A DNA stretch of 64,000 nt from Candidatus Woesearchaeota archaeon (GCA_018303405.1 JAGVYD010000011.1:15257-79256), one strand, 5' to 3'. Shown: positions 18,873-29,439, counted from the first letter of the stretch. Made by a program: numbers and translations. Notes: generated from the letters alone by a model not told the origin.

Positions 18873-19095
18873 TCCATAACCCCCTGATTCGAATAAACCC
18901 CTGATATATTTAAATCTTAGCTAGATGCAGGCAGCATGCCTGCCGCAATTGAATTCGCGCCCTGATTTGCCCATGTCAAATCAGGGTTTATTTTTCTCCC
19001 CCTCAGCTAGAGCATGGGAGAAAAATAAAGTCGTTGGAACAACGACCGCGAATTGCCCCAGGAATTGTCATGGCAAACTCCCATAATCCTATCTT

Positions 19096-20352
19096 TTGTC
19101 GGAAAAACTAACCTTTTTAATTGCACCTAGCCTTGTGCAACACATGGCAGAATTAAGCTTTGAAACATTGACATTCAGCGGGTCAGGGGAAAACATCGAA
19201 TGCACATTCCTCAAGCTATTTTCATTTGAAATTGCCAAAGACGATTTGAAAAGGATAGGGGATTTTTCCTTAACATCCAGCAGGTCCATCTTATTTCCCA
19301 AAACAAGCCAGGAACAGGCTGACCGAAAATTCGGGCTATTGCTGTCTGCAGGGTTTTCCAGGCTTAGGAACAAGCTTTCCAAAAAGCCGGCTGTTTACCT
19401 GCACCGGAATTCAGGCATTCCGCTGATCGGGAGCTTATTTATTGGAATATCTGACAAGAATGTGTCAACAATAGAAGTCAAGCCAATCACAAGCTGCAAC
19501 ACTGACTGCATTTTCTGTTCTGTTGACCTCACAAGGAGGGCTACAGATTTCGTGGTTGAAAAGGAATACATGCTGCAGGAAGTCAAAAAGCTGGTGGATT
19601 ACAAAGGGAGTGATTATATCGAGATAAATGTCAATCCCCATGGCGAGCCAACATTGTATGCTGACTTACCGGGCCTTGTCAAGGGCCTTCGCGCAATCCC
19701 TCAAATAAAGGACGTTTCCATGAATACCAATGCCACCCTGCTTACACAAAAGCTGATGGACGACCTAATTGATGCCGGCATGACGCGGTTCAATGTGTCT
19801 TTGCACTCCCTTAACCCTGAAAAGAGCAAATTCCTGTTCAATTCCAAGACCTATAACATCGAAAGGGTAAAGGAAAGCTGCAAATACCTTGCCAGGAGAG
19901 GCGTTTTACTATTGGCGCCAGTCTGGGTGCCCGGCCACAATGACGCAGACATGGATGAGCTTATTGAGTTTGCCAAGGTAATAAATGCGCCCATAAGGAT
20001 CCAGAACTACCAAATCCACACGTTGGGGAAAAAGGTCAAAAAGACCAAGGAAAAGCACTGGGACCAGTTTTTTGAGGAAATCAAGGCCATGGAGCAAAAG
20101 CACGGGGTTTCAATCAGCGGAGTCTTTCCTGGATTTGTCCTGAAGCCAACGAAGAAGCTTGAAATGCCGTTCAAGCTCGGGGACATTGCCACGGCAAGGC
20201 TGGCGTGCCCGGCTGAATTTAAGGGCGATATGCTGGCGGTCTGCAAGGACAGGGTCATATCTGTCCAAGGCTGCGGAAGGGCGTCAGGCACGGTTAAATT
20301 AAGGATTACAAGGGCAAAGAACAATACTTTTTTCGGTGAGCTCGTCAAATAG
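19096..20352 (+). CDS. Radical SAM domain protein
   Basis: CxxxCxxC motif SCNTDCIFC followed by radical-SAM core elements (GEPTLY, NTNATLL). C-terminal about 90 aa extra domain. The true start may be an internal Met. Subfamily not assignable. Confidence 0.55.
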   Translation: MSEKLTFLIAPSLVQHMAELSFETLTFSGSGENIECTFLKLFSFEIAKDDLKRIGDFSLTSSRSILFPKTSQEQADRKFGLLLSAGFSRLRNKLSKKPAVYLHRNSGIPLIGSLFIGISDKNVSTIEVKPITSCNTDCIFCSVDLTRRATDFVVEKEYMLQEVKKLVDYKGSDYIEINVNPHGEPTLYADLPGLVKGLRAIPQIKDVSMNTNATLLTQKLMDDLIDAGMTRFNVSLHSLNPEKSKFLFNSKTYNIERVKESCKYLARRGVLLLAPVWVPGHNDADMDELIEFAKVINAPIRIQNYQIHTLGKKVKKTKEKHWDQFFEEIKAMEQKHGVSISGVFPGFVLKPTKKLEMPFKLGDIATARLACPAEFKGDMLAVCKDRVISVQGCGRASGTVKLRITRAKNNTFFGELVK

Positions 20353-20429
20353 ATTTCTAAATAAGCTGTTTAGAATCGAGAAGAATAAGATAAAAAAAAT
20401 AAAAAATAAAGGAAATTTCATTCCCTTAT

Positions 20430-22997
20430 TTATGCGGTCTCCGTCTCGTCAACCATTGTTGTGTCTTCAGCAACAGCTTCAGGCATAGCAACAGTTGGAG
20501 TGCTGGTGACTGTTGTCACAACTACCTCTGCTCCCTTCAGGTCAGCAGCATAGTCCTTGTAATTTGCGACTACCTGTGATGCCCTTCTGGTATCAACTGC
20601 AGTTGCTCCAGCTACAACCATTGCAACCTTGCCAGGTGCATGCTCGTAAAGCTTAATCATTGCTTTACCGGGTTCGAAGCCTTCAGCGCAATTCGCTGAT
20701 GTGACTCCCATGACCTGCCTGGCCGCGCTGTTTGCGCATGGCCCACCAACCAAGATCAAATTGCTTGCGCTTGGCGTGGTGATTTCGGATGCAAGCTTAA
20801 CTGCACCGACGTCGATTTTCTGTACGACTTCTGTTACGAGGCCGCCAGAGCTTCCTTCGGTGGAGGTTGTTGCTCCGCTTGTTATGTAGACCAACACTTC
20901 AGCCTGGTTGTCCGGATATGTGAACTCGAAGGTAGGCTGGTCTGAGTTTGTGTAGTCATACTGACCCCAAACACCAAAGTAAGACCATCCTTCATAGATG
21001 TCCTTACCATCCAGCTTCTCCATGTTCGTATCCAAACTGCCAAACCTGACACCTGCTGTAATTGTGTCCAACCCATTTGTGGTCGGGGAGTTCAATTTCA
21101 GCTTATCGTTGGCTGCATCCCAAGTCAGGGTCCAGTTGATTGACTCCTGCCATGTGTTGGCACTTGATCCAGGCGGCATATTCTCTGACTTCTCTGTTAC
21201 GAAGTTTGAGAAGTTTGCTGACTGGTTCACTGTTGTGCCGTTTGGCTGAAGTTGGAGATATCCATCTGAACCAGAATATCTGGTATAGATCCTGTTGGCA
21301 ACATCTGTGCTTGTGGCAAGTGCTGACGCGGAATCTCCGTCTCCATTCAAGTCTGCCCTCATTGTGGCAGTTGAACCTGACCCGACGAAATACATTGTGT
21401 ATGCAGTTCCGTCAATGGTGACCTGTGTAGCGTTGTTGATCTCCCATGTGCTGCCGCCTGACATCATGTCCTTGACTTTCAGGGTGTTATCGTTTGTGTT
21501 AACACTCTTGAACTGCATGATGTGCGTCTTCTGCGTTGCTGATGGGCTTAACAAGAAGTAATCCTCGTCAGCAATTGTTTCTGACTCGTTGACGTGCAGC
21601 TGCTTGTAGGTTGATCCGTCCCAGTCGCCCAATAAGACATTTGGTGCTGTGTCTGACATCGCACTCCAGATTGGTATGTTATAAGCGTCACCATTCCTGT
21701 TGGTGAATCTTAAGTTGTACCTTGTTGTGCTGTCTGGCTCAACTTTCAATGTCTCTGTGGTGCCTGTTGACAGTCCCTTGAACTCAAGGTCAAAGCCATT
21801 GAAGATCACGTTTCCAGTTTCGCCTTCCTCTTCATCAGCGCTTGCTGAGAGAGAACCGCCCACTGGCACGTAAAGGTTGCTTGATGGCTCGTACTTGAAC
21901 CTCAATTCACTGACCTTTACGGTTGTGTCTCCTGTTGCAATGATGTCTGCATTGACGTTGTTCAGGTCCTCATTTCCAACCTGGACTGTTGCTCCCCAGT
22001 TTGAAGTTGTTGCAGATGCATCCACAATCTTCACTTTCTGTGCACCGAGTGAGAACTGGACCTTGTCGCCTCCAGTTGTTTCTCCTGCATAGTTCTGTGA
22101 CAGGATGTCCCTTACACCAACCTCTGTTCCATCGGCAAGCCTGTAGGTTTCGCCTTCCAGGAGCTTGTCTGTGGTTTCACCATTTACGGTGAAGAGGGCT
22201 TCAGTTGTTGAAATGTATGTCACAGTGACATCATAGTCCTTACCCTTGATGGTGTAGGTCTTTGAAGAACCTTCAGCAAGGATGTCTGTGACTGCGCCAG
22301 AGAACAGTGTCAAGGTTATTCCCGCGCTTCCGTTTGTGGCGGTTACAATGGAATAGTCCTTGCCAAACAGCTGTATGGCTTTGTCCCTGAAGTCTTTTAG
22401 ATTGTTGCTTGAGTCGTGCTCGCTTTCCATTCCAGGTGTGAATGAAACCCTGTATGTATAGGCAGGCTGGCCGCTGAAAAATTTCAGATAAAGGGCCGGA
22501 TCCTCTGACTGGTCGCTGTCCTTGTAATATACAATGGATGCGTTGTCAGCCAAGTCTACGCTCTGCGTATATGTAAAGGTTCCTCTGCTGTTCTGGAATG
22601 ATCCGTCTGCCAGAGCTGCCAAATCACCGGAATCGACTGTTGTCATTCCTGCGTCATTCAGGCCTTCTCCGAACTCCAAGAAGTTGGATGATGTGCCAAT
22701 CTTCTTAGCATCGCCTTCGACATCGACTACTACGCCGCCTGTCTCAACGACCTTTTTCTTGACGGATGCTGCCTGCAGGCTGGTTGCAATATTGGTAATA
22801 CCAATAATGTCCTCTGCGGCTGCATTGTCGCCGACACCCAACACACCATCAAATACGCCGTCCTTGATGAACAACGGACTTGGGTAGTTAGCCAAATCGG
22901 CGGCTGCCATGGCTCCGAACATTGTAGCGCCCAACATTGCAGCGCCTGTGCTCAAGGCCATGATTCGCTTTATTGCCTTTCTTACTTTCATTTGCAT
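20430..22997 (-). CDS. S-layer protein (Methanococcales-type S_layer_N / S_layer_C architecture)
   Basis: 855 aa with an N-terminal signal peptide. N-domain motif VLGVGDNAAAEDIIGITNIATSL and C-terminal LILVGGPCANSAARQV match archaeal S-layer N and C domains. Middle region is Thr/Ser/Asn/Gly-rich. Confidence 0.65.
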   Translation of the reverse strand: MQMKVRKAIKRIMALSTGAAMLGATMFGAMAAADLANYPSPLFIKDGVFDGVLGVGDNAAAEDIIGITNIATSLQAASVKKKVVETGGVVVDVEGDAKKIGTSSNFLEFGEGLNDAGMTTVDSGDLAALADGSFQNSRGTFTYTQSVDLADNASIVYYKDSDQSEDPALYLKFFSGQPAYTYRVSFTPGMESEHDSSNNLKDFRDKAIQLFGKDYSIVTATNGSAGITLTLFSGAVTDILAEGSSKTYTIKGKDYDVTVTYISTTEALFTVNGETTDKLLEGETYRLADGTEVGVRDILSQNYAGETTGGDKVQFSLGAQKVKIVDASATTSNWGATVQVGNEDLNNVNADIIATGDTTVKVSELRFKYEPSSNLYVPVGGSLSASADEEEGETGNVIFNGFDLEFKGLSTGTTETLKVEPDSTTRYNLRFTNRNGDAYNIPIWSAMSDTAPNVLLGDWDGSTYKQLHVNESETIADEDYFLLSPSATQKTHIMQFKSVNTNDNTLKVKDMMSGGSTWEINNATQVTIDGTAYTMYFVGSGSTATMRADLNGDGDSASALATSTDVANRIYTRYSGSDGYLQLQPNGTTVNQSANFSNFVTEKSENMPPGSSANTWQESINWTLTWDAANDKLKLNSPTTNGLDTITAGVRFGSLDTNMEKLDGKDIYEGWSYFGVWGQYDYTNSDQPTFEFTYPDNQAEVLVYITSGATTSTEGSSGGLVTEVVQKIDVGAVKLASEITTPSASNLILVGGPCANSAARQVMGVTSANCAEGFEPGKAMIKLYEHAPGKVAMVVAGATAVDTRRASQVVANYKDYAADLKGAEVVVTTVTSTPTVAMPEAVAEDTTMVDETETA

Positions 22998-23385
22998 AAC
23001 ACCTCCGTGTTATATCTCTTAGGCTATCCTTTTTTAGGCTATTTTTCTTATTTGGGTAGCGAACCTCTGTTCGTTCCAAATCATGTCTTTCATTCGTTAC
23101 TGCTTCAGCTCTATTGTTATCTCTAGTGACATAGCTACGTTTAGCTACGTCTTAGCACATAAATCAGATTGGGTTTATAAATGTTTCGACCGGCCATGCG
23201 TTGAATTGGCAATCCCATGTGTAGAATTGGCAAGCTGGCGCCTCCCTGGCTCAATCATGGCGCCTATCACTCCTAAATAATAAATCCAGCTATGGCATTT
23301 CTTCATATATCCCCTTCTTGTTTTTATGTATGAATATTAAGTTATATGGCAATCCAGCCCATTTGAATACTGTTTCCATATATGC

Positions 23386-24906
23386 TTATTGGGCATCTTT
23401 GGGCCCTTCCCCACACCTCAACAGGAAAAGCCTGTCTGTTGCCAGCTGTTTTGCAAAATAGCTGGGCAGGTAATATTCAAAGTTCTCAAGGATTGTGCAA
23501 TTGGCAGCATCCAGGTAATCTGCACCCGCCTGGTTGTTAAGCATGAACTCATTGCTTTTCCGCAATACAATATATACTACACCGGCCTCTTTAAGCGCTT
23601 GCATTTCCTTGGCCATTTCTATATTACCTGTTTCAAACCTCAATGGATTGGTATCAACATTGTTTCCTACGATGCGGCTGCCTTGCCGCAAGGCCAGAAT
23701 GGGGGCAAAAAGGTAATCCCCATATATTGCATCTTCTGATGAAACATGCTGTTCAAGCCTGGCCAGATCCCCCTGCCCCTTTCCGCCAAATGTATTATCC
23801 ATGGACCAATTATATTGGGATGCTGCAAACGCAATGTTTGCCAGAAACAGGATAGCCATTGCCCAAAATGCAATTTTCATGCCAGCCTTAAGCCTACTGG
23901 CAATAGCCGCAATTCCTGCCGCGCCCAGCAGTGCAAGGAACGGGAATGCACCAAAGAAGTAATATGGGAACCAGCGCTTGAGCAAAAGCAAGTAAACGGC
24001 ATATACGGCAATGAGGGTTACATATGGAAACAATCCTCTGTTTTGACTTGAGTCTGCTGATGTTTTTCTATCCCTTATGGCAATCCCCAGAGCCGCACCT
24101 ATGAAAACCAGGAAGTTGAACTTTGCCATCATCCAAAACAAGCCGAGCTTAATCCCGCTTACAGGAGCAGCTGCTTTCTGCAGGTGATAGGCAATTACCT
24201 GGTCATAGTATGAGCTTCCTGGCATTGCCAGGAAAAGCAATGAAATAAGCCCGAAAGTCGCAAGGAACCCGATTAAATAAAAGGCAAATCTCCTGACTTT
24301 CAACCTTAATTTTGAAAAAGAAATTTCTATCATGGCAACCACTGCCAGGCCAATTGCCACTGGAATGGCATGCATTGTGAAAAGAGCTGCAAGCCCAGCC
24401 AGAATCCCGGAAAGCAATGCCATATAATTGTTGCCATCAATTTTTCCCTGCAGCAGATAGTATAATCCTGCAACGCTTAGCATAACTGTCCAGGCCATGC
24501 CAATATTTCCAGCAGAAATCCTAAGGGTCTCATATGTCATCAGGAACAGGCCAGAACCCAATAGGCCAATGCCATCTCCAATATGCTTTTCCCCTATTTT
24601 GTAGATGTACCATGCACTGGCAAGCACAGCAAATAACGATAACAGCTTGAATGCCCATAACCTGAACCCAAATATGGCATAAATCAATGCATCAAGATAA
24701 ACTTCGCCAGGCGGATGCGAAAAGAAAAAATCCCTGTAAGGCATGCTGCCTTCTGTTATTAAGCGCCCCATATAAATATATATGTTCTGGTCGCTGAACT
24801 CAAGGCCAAAACCATTGATGGAAACAATAGAAAATATAAGCCCGAACACTATGAATATGTAGAATGCCAATTGATTGCCAGCCTTTCTGCCATTCCCTTT
24901 TGCCAT
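23386..24906 (-). CDS. Polytopic membrane glycosyltransferase (GT39/ArnT/PMT-like), putative
   Basis: 506 aa with about 11 N-terminal TM helices, then a soluble C-terminal domain. An early loop carries acidic residues. Sits between the S-layer gene and a GT2 gene. Confidence 0.4.
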   Translation of the reverse strand: MAKGNGRKAGNQLAFYIFIVFGLIFSIVSINGFGLEFSDQNIYIYMGRLITEGSMPYRDFFFSHPPGEVYLDALIYAIFGFRLWAFKLLSLFAVLASAWYIYKIGEKHIGDGIGLLGSGLFLMTYETLRISAGNIGMAWTVMLSVAGLYYLLQGKIDGNNYMALLSGILAGLAALFTMHAIPVAIGLAVVAMIEISFSKLRLKVRRFAFYLIGFLATFGLISLLFLAMPGSSYYDQVIAYHLQKAAAPVSGIKLGLFWMMAKFNFLVFIGAALGIAIRDRKTSADSSQNRGLFPYVTLIAVYAVYLLLLKRWFPYYFFGAFPFLALLGAAGIAAIASRLKAGMKIAFWAMAILFLANIAFAASQYNWSMDNTFGGKGQGDLARLEQHVSSEDAIYGDYLFAPILALRQGSRIVGNNVDTNPLRFETGNIEMAKEMQALKEAGVVYIVLRKSNEFMLNNQAGADYLDAANCTILENFEYYLPSYFAKQLATDRLFLLRCGEGPKDAQ

Positions 24907-24914
24907 TGCCGCGC

Positions 24915-25982
24915 CTAGCTGAATTCGATCTCATCCTTATACTTTGGATTGAGCTTGATGGCTGTTGCAAAGCACAAAGCTGCTTCTTCCTTCCTGTCAA
25001 GCTTGTCCAGGGTCAGGCCTAAATTCTTGTAAGCAGCAGCATAATCCTGCTTGAGCTCTATGGCTTTCATAAAAAGCAATATTGCATCCTCATGCTTCCC
25101 AAGCTTCCCATATATCACGCCCAGGTTATTGAAAGCATCGCAGCTTTGCGTGTTGAGGTTCACTGCCTTGGACAAAAACTTCTTGGCTTCAGCTGCCCTG
25201 CCAAGGTTTAAGAACAATGTCCCGAGGTCTGCATAAGCATCTGCATAGTCTGGCCTGGCCTTGATTGCCTGGGCAAAGCTTTCAATTGCCTTCTCATACT
25301 GCCTGTTCTGCACAAGCTGCTTCCCCAGCTCATAATGCGCTTTTGCATCTCCTTTCTTTATTTTAGCCTTGCCCAATTTTTCGTAAAGCTCAGCCTTGCC
25401 TTGTTTTCTGTCTGACCTTTCCATGCCATAATGGTGTATTGGGATTTTTGAAGGCCTGACTTTGCCCTTTATCTTTTCAATGCTGGGAAGCACTGTCTCA
25501 TGCACCTCGCCTTCAAATGCAATGCCCCTGTTGTTCCTGAACATCCTGATTATTTGGGCAGGAACCCAGCCGGAATAGCCTTTTGTTTCCTTGGTGCTTT
25601 TCTTTACTGGCGTCCAGTCCTTTAGCTTTGAATCATTTGTGTAAGTCTGCTGGGTGAAAATATACGCATCTGTTTCGCTGTCATCAGCAAGCTTCCTGAG
25701 CTTCTCCAGGTCAGGCTCTGCAATCGCCTCATCTGCGTCAAGGATTAAAATCCAGTCACCTGCAGCATGCTTAATTGACTCATTTCTTGCTTTTGAGAAA
25801 TCATCCTGCCATTTTACATCTATAACTTTGGCGCCAAGCTCTTCTGCCAGCTTTTTTGTGTTGTCTTTTGAGCCGGTGTCAGCTACAATGGCGTCGTCAA
25901 CTGCCCCAAGAACGCTGGAAATTGCTGACTCTATATATTTTTCTTCATCCTTGGCTATCATGCATAAAGATATTGATGCCAT
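24915..25982 (-). CDS. Family-2 glycosyltransferase with C-terminal TPR repeats
   Basis: 355 aa. N-terminal GT2 fold (ISLCMIAKDEE...DTGSKDNT...ILDADE) followed by at least 4 TPR-like repeats (AHYELG..., ADAYADLG..., AFNNLG..., AYKNLG...). Confidence 0.75.
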   Translation of the reverse strand: MASISLCMIAKDEEKYIESAISSVLGAVDDAIVADTGSKDNTKKLAEELGAKVIDVKWQDDFSKARNESIKHAAGDWILILDADEAIAEPDLEKLRKLADDSETDAYIFTQQTYTNDSKLKDWTPVKKSTKETKGYSGWVPAQIIRMFRNNRGIAFEGEVHETVLPSIEKIKGKVRPSKIPIHHYGMERSDRKQGKAELYEKLGKAKIKKGDAKAHYELGKQLVQNRQYEKAIESFAQAIKARPDYADAYADLGTLFLNLGRAAEAKKFLSKAVNLNTQSCDAFNNLGVIYGKLGKHEDAILLFMKAIELKQDYAAAYKNLGLTLDKLDRKEEAALCFATAIKLNPKYKDEIEFS

Positions 25983-26098
25983 GCTGCAAAAAGATTTTAC
26001 TGATATTTATAACAGTTTGCGTTGAATTTATATATGCCCAAATCATGCAATTGTAATAATTAGTCACTATAGAGTAATAAAAATACTAAGATTTATAA

Positions 26099-27895
26099 AT
26101 GGGTCTTTGGTATATCCCCAATATGGGAGAACAACGATTAGGGAATGCACTCGATGCCGGATTTCTAAAATTTGCCGAGCTAGTTGATTCCCTGGCAGTG
26201 GATCTCACCGGAAAAAGAAAAATTGTCCAAATTAAAACAGGAAAAAGCCTCAGGGAAATAGTAGGTGAGTATTTCGAGGGAACTGACAGGAACTTTGGGC
26301 CTCTGGAACTGGATCCCAATGAATACAGGACTCTACTGGATGAACTTACCAAAACAGCAGCGCACCCATTAAATGTTGTTCAAAAATCAAAAGGCAATTT
26401 TCAGGCATGGATGGCATATGAGGATAAGCATAGAGAAAAATCTGAAATGCTCAGAAGGGGAACGAAAAGAGTTGCCAAAATTACAGATGCTGTGATGGGG
26501 GGCGTTAATGCAATACAGGCAGTTTACACACTTGAATCATCTCACGGGGTAGAATTTGCGGCACCTCTTGCAATATCTGCGTATCTTCATGCCCGTGATT
26601 TTTTTAATAACCAAGGAAAGTTGTCTACAGCGGAAAGAAATTTAGGACTATTCTTTGCATCCCTGCCAGCTCTCGGGCAGGGAGTATATTATATGATAAC
26701 TGGAGATCAGCAATTCGGTGATTCTGCTCTTTTATACTCTGCCGCGCCGGTAATGATGTTGATTAATGGCACACTTATTCCATTCTTTAAGAGAAATGAA
26801 TTACTCCCGGATCATTTGTACAACAAATCAAAAAGAATAGCAAGGGCATTGATGATGCCAAAGGATATCAGGGTTCAGTCAAAGAAGTTAGAGAATGTGC
26901 TCAAGGAAATTGAAAATTTCAGAGGCATTGAAGAAATCAATTCTGTAATTTATCAGGATCATGTGGCTGATTTTGAAGCCGAGGTAATAAAATACCTGGA
27001 AGGTCGATCAGGAATTTCGGATGTCAGGAGGGTTGCAGAAAATATTCACGATGAAAAGACCATTAAGCGAATTAACGCTGCAAGAGGGCACTTTGAATAC
27101 GCGGTTGCGGAACCAGAGCCAGTGGAAAAAAAGCCAGAAGTGATTATGCATCCAGCTACCTACCAGCTTGCTTTAAATCTCGGTGCTGATGAACAACTTG
27201 CCAGAAAAATTGGAAATTCTATTCAGCAGGAAAATGCAGAGCTAACTCGCAACAAATTGCAGGGAATTGTACAATCAAGTTATGAGGCTGTGCTGCAGGC
27301 AAATCCAGCTATTCTTCTGCTGAGCGGCAAAGACAGAAAAGCATATTTCAGCTTGCTTTCTGACACATTAGGGAGGGTTCGTTCAGAATTTGGGGATTCT
27401 CCATTGGGCATATTTACCCCGGAACAAAATCCAACTGCATTTTCTACTATTGCAGGACTGGGATATCTGAATTCAAGACTAGATGACGTCAAAAGAGAAG
27501 GGCGCAGCGATGCAATTGCATCCCCTCCTGACGCAGAATGGATACAAAAACTTGCCAATGATGGCTATACAAACTTTGAATTGGTCAAGGCAATACTGAC
27601 AGAAGGGTTCAGGCTTGGGCAAAGCAGGCCGAGGATTGGGATGCAGTATTCTGACTTCATCACAATTCGCAGGCAAACAGCCAAGGCAGTAAGTTCAAGG
27701 GATATGCAAGAATACAATAATTATTTCAGAAGGTTGATATCTGATGGCGTCATTCTCATGGACAAAGATTACAAGAGTGGCGGCGGGAAGTTCGGTGCAT
27801 GCCACAGCCTTAATCCGCAGGTCAATGAAATCTTAAGGCCCGGACTGAGGGAATATGTTGCACAGCAGCTTTATGCCAAGGGCACGGCTGCATAA
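26099..27895 (+). CDS. Large hypothetical protein (598 aa), no recognisable domain
   Basis: Long uninterrupted ORF with normal composition and no motifs I can assign. One hydrophobic segment (LGLFFASLPALGQGVYYMI). Monocistronic, immediately upstream of tRNA-Leu. Confidence 0.4.
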   Translation: MGLWYIPNMGEQRLGNALDAGFLKFAELVDSLAVDLTGKRKIVQIKTGKSLREIVGEYFEGTDRNFGPLELDPNEYRTLLDELTKTAAHPLNVVQKSKGNFQAWMAYEDKHREKSEMLRRGTKRVAKITDAVMGGVNAIQAVYTLESSHGVEFAAPLAISAYLHARDFFNNQGKLSTAERNLGLFFASLPALGQGVYYMITGDQQFGDSALLYSAAPVMMLINGTLIPFFKRNELLPDHLYNKSKRIARALMMPKDIRVQSKKLENVLKEIENFRGIEEINSVIYQDHVADFEAEVIKYLEGRSGISDVRRVAENIHDEKTIKRINAARGHFEYAVAEPEPVEKKPEVIMHPATYQLALNLGADEQLARKIGNSIQQENAELTRNKLQGIVQSSYEAVLQANPAILLLSGKDRKAYFSLLSDTLGRVRSEFGDSPLGIFTPEQNPTAFSTIAGLGYLNSRLDDVKREGRSDAIASPPDAEWIQKLANDGYTNFELVKAILTEGFRLGQSRPRIGMQYSDFITIRRQTAKAVSSRDMQEYNNYFRRLISDGVILMDKDYKSGGGKFGACHSLNPQVNEILRPGLREYVAQQLYAKGTAA

Positions 27896-27994
27896 TGCAC
27901 GGGATGGATTAAGTTTTTATAGTGGCTGAATCTTTTTGCTTCTATCAATCTCGAATTGTCCCAGTTCGTACGATTGAGTGAGCTCACTGCATTC

Positions 27995-28078
27995 GCGGAG
28001 GTGCCGGAGCGGCCAAACGGGATGGGCTTAGGACCCATTGGCTTAGTGCCTACGCAGGTTCGAATCCTGTCCTCCGCA
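27995..28078 (+). tRNA. tRNA-Leu (anticodon UAG), type II with long variable arm
   Basis: Folds manually: acceptor GCGGAGG/CCTCCGC, 3-bp D-stem, anticodon stem ATGGG/CCCAT with loop CTTAGGA (anticodon TAG), about 15-nt variable arm, T-loop TTCGAAT, discriminator A. Confidence 0.8.
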
Positions 28079-28167
28079 TTCTTAATTCTCAGTTTATAGA
28101 CGAGAAAATCCAAAAGTCAGACATTAATTGACAAAGCTTTTTAAACTTTGAAGTAGTTACTTTACCG

Positions 28168-28626
28168 ATGAACCAACCTAAGTTTATTTACAAATTTGAA
28201 AATCATTTCTCACCAGTTCATCTTATCGATAGTCATGAAACTAAAATGAGATTTGACATATTTGGTTTAAGTGGCATCTGGGATTCAACGGAGTTAAGTA
28301 ACTTTATTATGGTTGATACGCCAGGACAATCAAGTCATATTGAACCTGCAAGTTTAGAATTGATTGGTTCGGTTTACCTTGGCCCAAGAAAATTTATTAT
28401 GAAACGAGCGGCCGAATATGGTAATCGGGAAGTTGTTCAGATTTCAGATTATCGTGAGATTTTATCAGAACTTATCAATGAAACATCAGAAATAGCTACA
28501 AATGGCAATTATGCTTATTACAGTTTAATGACCACTACTCAAAGATTAGGTAAAACATCAGAACAGGAAAGTCAGTTTCTTTTGCACCCTACAGCGCAGT
28601 TATATATTCAAAAAACCAATTCTTGA
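28168..28626 (+). CDS. Hypothetical protein (152 aa) in AT-rich island
   Basis: ORF in about 33 percent GC DNA immediately 3' of tRNA-Leu. No recognisable motif. Confidence 0.3.
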   Translation: MNQPKFIYKFENHFSPVHLIDSHETKMRFDIFGLSGIWDSTELSNFIMVDTPGQSSHIEPASLELIGSVYLGPRKFIMKRAAEYGNREVVQISDYREILSELINETSEIATNGNYAYYSLMTTTQRLGKTSEQESQFLLHPTAQLYIQKTNS

Positions 28627-28689
28627 TTTCATGGAGATTTCAATTCCCTTTCAGAAACATTTAAATATCAAGCTGCCTAAGAGAATAAT

Positions 28690-28827
28690 ATGTCAGACAC
28701 AATAACAATACCAAGAACTGAATATGACAATCTCAGGAAGAAGGCCGAAATAGCAGATGATATTATCTTGCAGCTTGAAAGCAGTTTAAGAGACGCTGAA
28801 GCCGGAAGAGTAAAAAGAGTTGCCTAA
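28690..28827 (+). CDS. Small ORF (45 aa), possible antitoxin-like protein
   Basis: MSDTITIPRTEYDNLRKKAEIADD... Short, charged, helical-looking peptide. Convergent with the RelE-like gene and overlapping it by 4 nt. Weak call. Confidence 0.2.
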   Translation: MSDTITIPRTEYDNLRKKAEIADDIILQLESSLRDAEAGRVKRVA

Positions 28828-29207
28828 ACAGATTCAATTATTTTTCTGTATCTATCTTTATTGGCAATTATATGATTAATAATCTGCTGCTGTTCCTTCT
28901 TTGAGCCGAAAGAGACAAGCAAGATTTTGGAGATATCTGTGTATATCAGGTAATACATTCTTTTGTTTCCAAATTTCTTCTCCCTAAACCAGTCAAACCT
29001 GAGAGGCTTCCCAGTTTTTGGATTTTCAATCAGCTGCTGCTTGATTTTATCAACCCACTCCTGCTCAGCAGTTTCCATGGCTTCATATAGCTTGGAGAAA
29101 GTCTCTGTTTCGAATATCTGATGTGCCATAAGCAAATTGTGTAAAAGGAGGTTTATTAAATTATTCATTCGCCTCTCCTTGGAGGTTACCAAACATTTTA
29201 TACTCAC
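28824..29207 (-). CDS. RelE/ParE-family toxin-like protein
   Basis: C-terminal GKPLRFDWFREKKFGNKRMYYLIYTDISKILLVSFGSKKE matches the RelE/ParE core (conserved R...R...Y, beta strand LIY). A likely real start is the internal Met near 29129 (MAHQIFETETF...). No cognate antitoxin on the same strand upstream. Confidence 0.45.
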   Translation of the reverse strand: MSIKCLVTSKERRMNNLINLLLHNLLMAHQIFETETFSKLYEAMETAEQEWVDKIKQQLIENPKTGKPLRFDWFREKKFGNKRMYYLIYTDISKILLVSFGSKKEQQQIINHIIANKDRYRKIIESV

Positions 29208-29265
29208 TATCTACTGAGTTAAGCATAAAGCTAACACAAAGTGTGTGCATAAATGAAACAACGAG

Positions 29266-29439
29266 TTAGGGATTGCTCCTAACTTTGATTTTGTTTCTTA
29301 ATGGATGACTGAAAGGTAGAACATCATAAGGGGGTAGCATATCTTGAGCATCAAATCCACATTCAGGACAAATCATGTATGCCTTTTCATCGTCTGCTTT
29401 TTGTTCCCAGCCACACTTTGGGCAAAATTGATTTGTCAT
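29266..29439 (-). CDS. Small zinc-ribbon protein (57 aa)
   Basis: Hand-translated: MTNQFCPKCGWEQKADDEKAYMICPECGFDAQ... Two CPxCG pairs. Below the ORF-track length cut-off. Confidence 0.3.
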   Translation of the reverse strand: MTNQFCPKCGWEQKADDEKAYMICPECGFDAQDMLPPYDVLPFSHPLRNKIKVRSNP

